From Amphiscolops sp. MND2022 (lineage: Eukaryota): a stretch of 64,000 nt of DNA. The translations under genes were made by a program, and so were the position numbers. Under the pieces are notes generated by a model. The model made no database searches. It was given only the letters and a program-made list of their open reading frames with translations, and was not told the origin of the DNA. Below are positions 38,622 through 50,600 of this stretch, piece by piece. Positions within the stretch are counted from its first letter, which is position 1. The number at the start of each line of letters is the position of its first letter. The stretch spans positions 46,688,001 to 46,752,000 of the forward strand of contig OZ076409.1 of the NCBI GenBank assembly GCA_964187785.1, written 5' to 3'.

Positions 38622-41600
38622 AAAGCACAAGAGATCTCAACGTAAAAGGAAGGGTTTCCTAATTTTCTTTTTTTCCAGCCATTGTTGTGTTCAAAACACA
38701 GACAACAATCTCATCTTGCTTTCAAATTAGCTAGAGGGTGGTTCGACTGCCGCCCGGCGCAGTTTACTGTAATTGTGATGTAAGGATGTGATGACGCAAT
38801 GGGGCTTGTGCAGCAGTGCCTTGAAAAGAAGCTGCGTGTCAAAAACAGTTGCTATTCTAGCACTTTTCAATTATCACATTGATTAAGTATTGGATAGGAT
38901 GGCGCGCGTATTGTGGGCCTCGCATTTTTGTATAGTCTTGTTTGCCTCTAGCAAGCACACCTCGAATTTTTAATGAAATATATTTGATATATTCTCCAGG
39001 CCTGCTAGGTTTTTTTTCAACACGAACTAAGTATGCAAGCATAAAGCCACCATGACGCAAGAAACAGGATTGAAGGCTTAGGATTATTTATAGATCTCAG
39101 AGACTGAAAACGTCCAAACTTTGAGGCTCGTAATTCAATGTCTAACATAACGCTGGAATCAAACCCAAGTAAACAAACCAGAACCAACCCAAGTCGGCGC
39201 CCCTCTTAAGACTCAAAAAGTGTAACTCACTTTTGGAAATATTCTTGCGCTACTGAAAGTATTTTTCCGAGAAAAGTCACATAGTGCCGAAACCTCCCGC
39301 CCCCCTCCCCCCAAGGGGGACCCTTTGACCCTTTGCTATTGTCTATACTTGTAAAAGGTTCATAGATACATTTTAGGCTGGCTGCACGTCTATGCGAAAC
39401 CACTGACAAAGTTGAACAAATTGAAAAAAAAAATTCAAGTTGGAAAAAACTAGTGGAATTTGACCATAGTTTTTGCATAGCCTCGTTTTTTGACCGGAAC
39501 AGTTGGATAATTAATTTTAAAAATTAGAATCGAATAGAATTTTTTGAAAAACCCGTTTTTCAAAAAAAGTTAACCTAGTTTTTGGCTCTTTTAGGAAACT
39601 TGTGCTTTTACTGTTATTATTTCTATTATGGTAAATAGTTCTCAAGGTAAGCTTTACTTGGTTTACGCGGGTGTTCAAAGGACCCACTAATATTATTTGC
39701 GAACCTCCCTGAAGATTTAGCAGCGAAAAACGTGTAAATGTATGCCTTAATATTCTCTGAATGAGTGCCTTTCATATACACGTCCACAAATTTTAGTGTA
39801 TATCCACAACTCGGGTAAGTATTTTGTTTCAATTTACTCTATGTATCAAGGCGCTTTTTTGGTCATAGTAAAATTAACTCCAAACATCCGCCATGGGTTG
39901 TGTCCTGTATGCTAAAGTAACTAGAGTTAACATCTACAAAAACTCACAACCAAGTAGAGATTCAAATAGGTCGACTTTGCTACGCGAAGTTTGAACAAAG
40001 TGAAAACTTGGAAATTTCTCGTGCAATTAATTCAAATAGCTCAGGCTATTAAAGAGCTTCTTTAGAATTGAACAATTGATAATTTTGTTTCGAAATTCCA
40101 ATATTCAGGTTTACAGTTTGATTTAGCAGATCAGTCACGCTACCTCTCATCGAGACCGCTAAGTTGATGCCTAGTCTCGATTCGGAATTTCAAAGTTACT
40201 TTATATTTATGAAACAAAGTAAGTGTAAAATCAAAGGTGCAGTAATTCATTCACCGACTTCGGAAAATTAATCAAAAAACGCTGGCTATATTTTCAAATG
40301 GAGATGGTTGCGATATCACTAGTTTGAAGATTTCTGTAGTGGAATTGGCAAGTTCCTTTCCTGGACAAATCAGTTTTAGGATTGTCGGCAAGTTGTCAAC
40401 CAGGCCGTCTAAAAGCTTGGGAAGTGTTTTTGTCAGTATGACTTGCCCAGGCAAAAACTATAATTTTGACTCTTTTTTACTAGCTTCTCACGGTCCAAGA
40501 GTGCCGCCGCGATCTGTATTCAATTTCTTATTCATACAAAAGAACCATGCCGGAAACGAATCCCCAGAACTGAGAATAGGCAGCTGCGGAAAAAAGACCT
40601 AAACTCGAGTTCAAACTTTTTTGTAATTATATATATTTTACTCTAACAGCTGTGAAATGCATGCAGTAAATTTTAGCACCAAAAAAGAAGTACTGACAGG
40701 CAGAATGGAAACGCGTTTAAAAGTCTGGTTGTCCGGTACAGTTGAATAAACAAAGAAGTTTAAAATCTAGCTCAAATTTTGTTGTTTTTACATTTTATTA
40801 TTTTCCGCCCACATAAATGGGGGAGGAAAATCATGATTTGTGTTGCCTTTTTTTACAAATTCCACCAAAACTCAGCTTTATCTCCGCTCCACTTAGTTTC
40901 TTGACTATTTTTTAGTTACTTGACTACTTTGCTAGTAACTATCTAATAGTCAAGTAACTAAAATAATGTCATTGCGCAGTTGGTAGTGCGTGTGCCTGCC
41001 AGGCACGAGGTCATGGGTTCGAATCCGGGCTGAAGCGTTATATTTCTAGCGAAAAAGATCCCGGTGCTTATCGGGCGCCTTGTTTACTGTAAAAGCTGGA
41101 ATGCATGTAGTAGTCTTTGATATCACAAAAGAAGTACTGACAGGCAGAAAGGAAACGCTTCAAATGTCTGGCTGTCAAGTTTAGCGAAAATGGGTCAATA
41201 TGGCCTACGAGGTTCATACTGGCCAATAACAACGCGCTTTGTCAGTCTTTTTTGCTGAGTATATATTGTTCACTACTTAGTAATTGAACGGCCGAATGAG
41301 GCCATTTGACTCCGCGACAACTGTCATAAAATCAAAAGTCCAGTTACGGCCTTTAATCAAAACGCTCTAGTACAGACGCTAAATATGTGATTTATATGAG
41401 TAAAGTGAGATGCGGCGTGAAGTGAACATATTGATGTCATACTATTTATATTTTTCCGCCCACATATAATGGGGCAGGAAAATCATATTCTGTGATGCGT
41501 TTTTTCCAAATTCTGCCAAATTTCCACGATACCCATCCACTTCACTTGACTTTTGTAGTTACTTGACTATTTTAGTTAGTACGTAGCGCAGTTGGTAGTG

Positions 41601-44600
41601 CGTCTTCCTGGCAGTATACTTACATTGTATGGGGGTAGGTAATTCAATTCAGACACTCTCAGACTTCTGTATACCCCAGTTGAAACGACTCGAACGTCTT
41701 CGTCTAAGTTTTTGTTTGTTGCCAAGCAAATTTTTCAGAGGACTGTCACGGAAACTTTCATGTATCGAAGTTTCTATATTCCAATGGATTTCTAACAAGC
41801 TGCCAAAAATGCATCCTCAGTTAGGCAGGATTCTGGGCCACGAAAATTCACCAGTTTAATTATGCAATAATTTTATCATTAAATACAGTCGACCTCGAAT
41901 CAATTTTAGCCCCAATTTAGACCAGAAACAAATTTGTATTTTAGGATGTTTTCACAATTCATTAAACAGTACTGTGATTAAGAAATTGTCCCCCTGTCAA
42001 ATTCGGTTCATTCCGGTTTCTGACCTCTACCGAGTTTCAGTTCACAAACTGTCTAGCCTACCCGATTATTGATAACCAAAACTCATCTACATTAGAAATT
42101 AGATACTAAATTACATACTTTTTGGTATCTACGATATAGTCAGTGAACTATAGACATTCTCTTGATTCTTTCTTTTAATTTAGACCTTAGTTAGTGAGAA
42201 TAGAACATGGTGCAGTCAGCCAATTTTTTAAAAAAATTGAAAACATCTTGACGAAACAAAGCCATGATAGAAAAAAACACAGTACCGAAACTAGAAGCAA
42301 AGGTCTTCCGACGGAAACGCGATATTCACACAGAGACAGTGGTTAGAACGATTCTAACAGTTTACTAAACGGGAACATAAAATAGACATCACGACACTAA
42401 TAATAGGAGAAGAAATCACAGCAACCGAGTGGACCGAAAAAGAACAACCTATACAGGAAGATTTCATCCGGGGCGTGGGAACCGAAGCTTTGTACCAAAT
42501 ACCCCGTGCCGAGTATAAAACGGAACCGGATATTATCAAAACTGAAGACATGATCCGGTTAAATACCGAATACTACTCACCAAAACGCAATACTTACCAC
42601 AACCGCGAAGATTTCTTCTGGGCAAATCAAACGGAAGAAGAGACACCCGAAGAATTGTGGAGAAGAATGATCGAAATCGAAGTGTCAATTTCAGCCGAAG
42701 AACTACTGATATCCAAATATAAGACAGCAATCACCGATAAAAAAATTAGGGGACAAAGTGAATAAAAAAAGACACTAAAATTAAAAAAGATGACTGAAGT
42801 ACTCAAACAAAACACTTACGAAAAAAAACAAGAAAAACACAATACTGGAGGCGCTAACTTCGGCACAAGAAAGACTTACAACACAAAAAGAACCAAAAGA
42901 AAGTAATGAAAAGTTCGGCACCAGACCAAAAACCAGACCGACAAGAACTAGACCTTGTAGATTTTGCGGGGCTCCCAACTGGACACCAATACATAAAGGT
43001 CCAGCATGAGAAACAAATTGCAACAAAAGTGGAAAAAAGGGACACTACGTAAAAGTATGAATACAGATATATAAGATCGAACAGTGAAAGATTAACAGAA
43101 GAAGAAACCGACGACCGAGATAAAATATCAAGTGAATCAGAGGAAAGTATACCCCACAAAAAAGAGGAAAAGAATATCGATGAAAAATACAAGCACTATA
43201 CGGCAACAGTGAAAATAAACGGAACAAAGAAAGAATTTATAATTGACACCAGATCATCGATAACAATAATGCCGCCGGACAAAAAGATACTAAAATTAAC
43301 CGGAATACAGAAAATCGAGAACAGATTTCAAGACGTGAACAAAAACGAAGCACAGTTCCGAAGAAAGATTCCCGTAGATGTTGAATACGGGAAAAATACA
43401 CAAAAAAAGGAAATCCTGACAACTGAAAGAACAGATATAACACCACTACTTGGGATGGACTGGTTGAAGAAGTTCAAACTAACGACCGGTAGCATACAAC
43501 TGGCAGATAACAACCAATCAGAACGCGAGAAAGATTTTATGAGATTTCCAGATTTGTTGGAAAATAATGAAACGATATAAGACACCGAAACAAACAACCA
43601 GTTAAAACCGGGACATTACCTGGGTAAACAAAAAACCAGACCGGTGCCACGACATCTACAAGAAGATGTGGGACGAGAACGAGAAATATAAAATGAAAAC
43701 CAGAAATTTAGAAAAAATCAACGACGTGGATGAAGATTGTTTTCTATCACCAGCGGTAATAACCGTAAAAAGTGACAAACCGTTGAAGATAGCATTGGAC
43801 TTACTGACACTAAACTACAGCTTTATCAAAATGAGACCGCTTATGCCACATATGGAAGAGTTATTAATCGAAATTTCGGTAGAAATTACCCATGACAGAA
43901 CAACACAACTATTATTATCAAAGATAGATCCAGATTACGCATACGGACTGATAAAGACTTCCGAGGAAGCAAGTCAACAATGCGTATTCGCGGTATCCGC
44001 GGGAAAATTTAACGGATACTACTGGTTTTAAAAAAGCGTTTTACGGTCTCGCTGATATACCCACAATATTTCAAGAAGAAATTTACCGAACACTCGGATA
44101 CAATAAACCGGTTTGGCTAGACAACATAGATGTAGTACCCCGAGGAAACGAACATGATTACGAGAAAAAAATATTTGACATTCTGATTGAACTGGAGAAA
44201 ACCGGATACCGAGCAAGTAAAAGAAAATCCGAATTCTTCATGAACCAAACAAAGTGGTTGGGCCACGAAACTGATGAAAACGGAATATACCCGAACGAAA
44301 AAAAAACGTAGAAGCAATTTTAGAACTTAACCCACCGGAAAAAAAACAAAAGAACTGAAATCATTTCTCGGAGCAGTCCAATACATGGCACTTTCGGAAA
44401 GAGCGGATCAACTCCGAAAATTATTGAAGAAAAATTGGGGCAACGAAACGTGCAATTGGGGAACCGAACAAGAAGACTTCGGAAAGATAAAACAGCTGTT
44501 GACCGAAGGCCCATGCCTACCACACTACGCAAAAGATAAAGACAACATATTAACAGCAGATGCTAGTACAACCGGGCAGGGGATCACAGTAAAGTAAAAA

Positions 44601-47600
44601 CAAGATGCTGGAAATACAAAATCGATAGCATACGGGAGCCGATATTTAAAGGAAACCGAAGAGAAATATTCAATCAGTGAATTAGAATTGTTGGCGGTGG
44701 TGTGGGGATTAGCAAAAAATGAAATTTACCAATTATCCCAGTAGAAATTTGGTAAGGGGTGCCATGGCGGAAGAACATTACCATGAAGAATACGTAATTA
44801 ACATACTTGCCGAACACGCAGACTTAAACTGAAAAACGGACGACTATTCGCGGACCAATCAAAGTGAAGCAAACTCATATCCGAAAGAAAGAAGAATGAT
44901 TCCAAGAACAAAATTGAGCACAGAACGAACCAATCACAAGCGAATGGAACATTCGAGAACAGCATCCAGGTGAACGAAACCGAAAAAAAAACAAAATAAC
45001 AACTTCCGGGAAGTCCGATATTAACACTTTGAAAAGCAGTCATTTGTTTAAAGTGGAGAAAGTCAAAAATTGGATCGAGAAAATCTTTACCAGTGGGGAG
45101 CTACCAGAGAAATAATGGACATCTTTAGATGGAGAAACAACAGTCCCGAGACAAGAAGACTGCTGGAACAACGGAATACGTTATCCCGGCCGGGACATTG
45201 AGACACTGGAACGTCCACCAAACGGTGGAGCTGATGCGGAGCTGATCCGGAGAAGAAACAGAATTGGAGGCGGTTATCAACCAATAAAAGTCAACGAAGA
45301 AAAACCGGGTGCAATACGGGAAGAAGGAGAGATAGAACAAGCAGCCGAGACCAAAGAAGATAACGTGATCATGCAGAGCGACGACTTACCAATTGTGGAT
45401 CTGACGAGATACAACATTGACGGCAAAGAAGCAAAATACACACCAAAAAATCACATCGTCGGAAAACTCACCACAAACAAGAAGGCAACCGAGGACAGTA
45501 TCAAGAAGGCAAATTTCGAATATATGATGCACTTGAAAACCTTGATATCTAAAACAGCAATCAACCCAGTATTGACCCGAGTCAGAAACAGCATGCGCCA
45601 AGAGGATAGAGAAACAATCCCGGACGGCTACCGAGCAGTTTTTGTCAAAGTGTCAATCCGATGGGGACACATATTCTTTTACAATCAGGTTGCTATCCCG
45701 ATAGATCTCTGAAGGCGATTATTGGATATTTCACATTTCGGTCACTCCGGCATTACAAAAATGACGTCAGAAGCGAAGATATTCTGGTGGCCGGGCATGA
45801 AGCAGGACCTTGAAAACAATGTCGAAGACTGCACTAGCGTCAGGTAAACATCTCAAATACCAATTACCGAAAAAACCTTACCGAAAATTAGAAACATTAT
45901 CCGAGCCCAGTCAAGAAATTCAAATTAAATTCGGCGGAAATATACACAAAAAAATTTAAAACGTGAAGTACAAATACTTCACGGTAGATAGATTGAGCAA
46001 ATGGCCTACCGTAAAACTTTTCAAAACGTCGGTAACAAAAGAGGTGATAAATTTCTAACGAGTAATTTTAATTTTTACGGAATTCCCGAAAAAAAAATCC
46101 GACAAAGGGGGAGCATTCACTTCACAGGAATACAAACATTTTTGCAAAACTCGAAACATCGAAAAACAATACTGTACACCCCGAAAGCATACGGGAAACG
46201 GAGTAGTGGTAAGATCGATACAAACACTACAAAATTTGATATTAGCGAATCTAGAAGACGGATGAAACGTAACCGAACGTGTGAACCGAGCACTTCGAGT
46301 GTGCGTTTCACAAACGGGACTTAAAGTAGCACCGTTTTAAGTACACAACGGAAGAAAACCGAGAACCGAAATAACGAATATCGTTAAAAACGAAAAAGCA
46401 TATTTGTCTGATTGGTCGGAAATGACCATTTTATTACCGAACAGACCAAAAATTCCAAATTCGTGGTCCATGACGAGGAAGGAGAGATTACCAACCACAT
46501 AATGATGGCAAAGACGAAGACAGAGGAGGAACGCCTAAACGAAGGCCAAAAGTCACCGATAAAAAATCGGTTAGATATTCCTTCAATTTTGTTGAAAAGA
46601 TTTACAACACAAAGTCTTCAGAAGGAAATTCCAAAATAAAATACAAACTGAGAAAACGGATACCGGAAATATATTAAATCGAAAATATTTTTCGGGTCCA
46701 TTATTTCAGAACGAACGAAGGACGAGAAAGGAGCCGGCAAACAACACGAGCGGTGAGATAACCCAAAAAACAGACACTGTTTGCGGGGTCTTGATGGCAA
46801 ATACGGACGCTGGGATAAGAGACTCCGTGATATACCAAACTATACTAAACAAAAATTGAAGATCGTCCGAAACCGAAAAGCAACGGATAGTGACACCAAA
46901 GAATATGATGATGATCAAGACGACGAAGAAATGCCAAAGAAGACCGGGACACCAAAACTTTGCGATACTTCCGAACGCGACAGAAGATTTGCACCCATAC
47001 GGACAAATCCGGAAAAAGATGCTTTCCAAATCCACACAGACGGTGAGATCTCTGGTGAGATTTCGGAAACAAACATACGACCATCAAACCGAAATAGTAA
47101 ACAACCGAATAAATACGGCAGTATACCATACACCGGAAATTGTTGGGGTTAGAACATAGGGCTAAAGATACATTGTTTATATTACGGGTAATCTGTGGAC
47201 CAGAGTGAAAGGAACGCCACAACCGGAAGAAATATAGAAACTCTCAGATTTCTTTCCTGGAGCCGCAACACCACCCGGGCCCTCGAGCCGAAACTGGGAA
47301 AGAGGAAAAGAAAGATGGGGAATTGTCATATTCGGTTCATTCCGGTTTCTGACCTCTACCGAGTTTCAGTTCACAAACTGTCTCGCCTACCCGATTGTTG
47401 ATAAACAAAACTCATCTACATATTAAATTAGATACTACATTATATACAGTTTGGTATCTAGGATATAGTCAGTGAACTCTAGACATTCTCCTAACTCTAT
47501 CTTTTAATTTAGACCTTAGTTAATGAGAATAGGACACCCCCTATCCGCTGAGAGTCGTTATCAACCAATTAGAATTGCTTATTTGTTCTCACTTACAAAT

Positions 47601-50600
47601 CTGTTGGCGCATAGAGTGAAATCTCAGGCGCACAAAAAACATTTCTGCTGTTTTCCCAGTTTTGGACAGGTTTTGGAATTTTTTTCATTGATGAAATTTT
47701 AACTTCATCGAATTCTGCAGATTGTATAGAATTCAATTTATATTTATTGTTTCAGAAACATTGTAATTGAAAAAGAATCCCAGTTTTTTGCCGCGAAACT
47801 CATTTTTCTATCCTAATACATGTAGAATGACGAAATTTTACCTTTCGAGCATGATTTTTTGAAAACGGTTGAACTTTTTCAAAATCGAACAAGTCGAGAA
47901 CGGCCAAAGTCGGCGCTATGTCTAAGGCTCAAAAAGTGCAAAATTTCCAAAATATGCTCATGAAGTTTTTTCATGAAAAAACCACCAGAAAGTTTCACCC
48001 ATGCTGGGAAAACGCTTCAGAAGTTCGGATATAAAGGCTGGGACAAATGCGAGCACTTGTTTTTGAAGCCCCGCCTCCTCCTCAGTGGAACGAAATATCC
48101 TTCGGAAATAACGTCAAAAGTTCCGATATAGCTCTATACTCCGGATATTAAATTCAATTTTCGGATAGTATTGAAAAAAGTTATTGGTGGATATGTATTG
48201 AGAAAACCTAATGTCAGATAAAAAATGACAATTTTGAACAGTCTCATAGTGCCGGAAAATCTGAAAGGGGGACCATTTGGGATTTTCAAACATCTATTAT
48301 GTTCCAATTTATCAAAAAAATTGAAGGGGGACCCTTTGGTACAATCAAAAACTTTTCGAAAAAAAGTCTCATAGTGACGAAAAAAATTCAAGTTAAAAAC
48401 ACCCAGATAGCCAAAGTGGGAATCCTTAGTTGTTTTCAAGGTTCTGGACGTCGGTTTTATAATTTTGGATGAGGTCCTAAGGTTTGCGGTATGTTTTGGT
48501 CAAACTGAACAAATGAACAAAAAAGTGGACCTTCGCGAGTAAAAAAAGGGATTTTTAAACACCCAATCTGTTGTAAAATATCAAAGCAATTGAAGGGGAC
48601 CCTTTTGAGGAAAACTTTTTTTCGAAGAAGTCTCACAATGCCAAAAAAACTGAAAGGGGGGACCCTTTGGGATTTTCCAACATTCATTCTGTCGCAAAAC
48701 ATCAAAAAAATGCAGGGGGGACCCTTTGGGAAAAAAATTCGAAAAAATGTCTCGCAGTGCCGAAAAAAATTGAAAGGGGGGACTCTTTGGTCTCGCCCGG
48801 TATGGTATGTTACGCGGAAAAACAGGGAAAACATTTTCAGTCCAGTTCGCTAGGCCAATTGGTGCAATTTGACACCATAATATTTTGTAGAACTTTTAAG
48901 AACTATTTTGGTCAGTTCGTGTGGATAGAAAAAAAAGAGTCACTATAAGAAGTCACTTCATGAAGCGCCGACTAAAAAACTACCCACTGTAGGAGTCGGG
49001 CACATTTTCTACCAAAATGCGCCGACTAAAAATATCCATTGTTTCAGTAGGTGTTTGCGAGTTATTTGAGCATAAAACTGGCCAAAAAATGTGGAGAAAA
49101 CTGTCAAAAATTGGAAAAACGGAAAAAAGTCCCAAATTTGCTCAAAATCAGCTCTATATGACTCATATTTTGTCCCGCAGAGATATAATTGCATCACCAA
49201 CGAAATAATCAAATGCTGTTCTCCCATTGTTGAAAATTTTATTGCAATTGCTTTTAATAAATGCATCCAAGAAAAAACATATCCGAAGTGCTTCAAAACT
49301 GCAAAAGTTATTCCTCTACACAAAAAAAGCGATAAAACAGATCCATCCAATTACCGACCAATTAGTCTTTTGAGTTCATTAGGAAAAATTTTAGAGAAAC
49401 TTTTGCACAAACGTATGGTCAAATTCTGCAAAAAAGAGAATATATTAACACATATTCAATATGGTTTCAGAGAGAAAAGATCATGCATTGACGCTATTAA
49501 CTCTGTGACAGAATTCATGAGAAATGAAATTGAGGCAAAAAATAAAGGACAAGCTTGCTTTATTGACTTACAGAAAGCGTTTGATACACTTGACCATGAA
49601 ATTCTAATGTTCAAACTGGAGAAATATGGCTTCAGAGGAACAATTTTAGAAATACTCCGAAAGTATCTCAGTGACCGGTACCAATTTGTTTGCGAAAATG
49701 GAAATCATTCCAAAAAACTCAGTGTTAAAACTGGCGTTCCCCAGGGCAGTGTACTAGGCCCCTTCCTTTTCCTCCTTTACATCAATGACCTACAAAAAGT
49801 TGTGAAGAACAGCCAAATAGTGATGTTTGCAGATGATACAACTATTGTGAAATCTGGAAAACATACTGACCGGAAACTCAACGAAGATCTACATAGAATC
49901 ACTGATTGGTTCACAGCTAGTAAACTTACAGTTAATATAGGTAAATGCGAAGCAGTATCATTTGGCAACGGATTACCAGAAAAAATAACTATTCTAAATG
50001 AAGAACTATGTTACAAATCTTCATGTAAATACTTAGGTCTACATCTAGATGGAAGTCTCAAATTCAGGGAACACATCAATTACGTTGTGAAGAAACTCAA
50101 TAAATTTTGTGGTTTAATTTACCGTGTCAGAGACTTGTATCCGAGAAAATGTCTTCTCATGTTCTATAATTCGTTTGCCAGGTCAATAATTTCCTACGGT
50201 ATCTTAGTGTATGGCTCAGCAGCAAAAACAAATTTGAAAAAAATTGAAAACGCACAGCGAAGAATTATCCGAGCTATTTTTTTTCAAAAAGCGATCTGAA
50301 TCCATTTCAAACTTGTTATTGGAAAATAAAGTCCTAACAGTTTTTGAACTTTACATGGAAGAGCTTGTCAAGGAGTTGTTTAAGCAACTACGTAATGAGA
50401 CACCACAAAAGTTTTTCCCTGAGAAAGTAGCAGAAAAGAATAAACCTACAACCCGCTGGAGTCAAAAAGGACTCTTTTCTTCAACCTATTGCAGAACTGT
50501 AGTAAAAAGGAAATCACTTGGGAACACTCTGCGAAAAGCATTCAATTGGTTGAAGTGGATGAACTTAATCCCGGAAAATATTGAGTCTTTCAGTAAAGTT

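Larger units (their letters stand above)
41995..47536 (+). mobile_element. Ty3/Gypsy (Mag-like) LTR retrotransposon, copy 2; full length, degenerate ORFs
   Basis: 213-bp LTRs at 41995-42207 and 47324-47536, PBS TGGTGCAGTC, PPT at ~47297-47323, TSD CCCCC; gag-PR-RT-RH-IN fragments in Gypsy order. Confidence 0.95.

Noticed and set aside
38539..38730. ORF with an (ER)n tract
   Set aside because: Translation of the (AG)n microsatellite
40965..41035. Functional tRNA gene (Gly/Ala-like)
   Set aside because: No acceptor stem, imperfect T-stem, anticodon varies among copies, and it is embedded in a repeat
48457..48948. Overlapping short ORFs on both strands, with similar ones at 10066-10461, 58290-58860 and 62716-63126
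   Set aside because: Chance ORFs inside non-autonomous repeats
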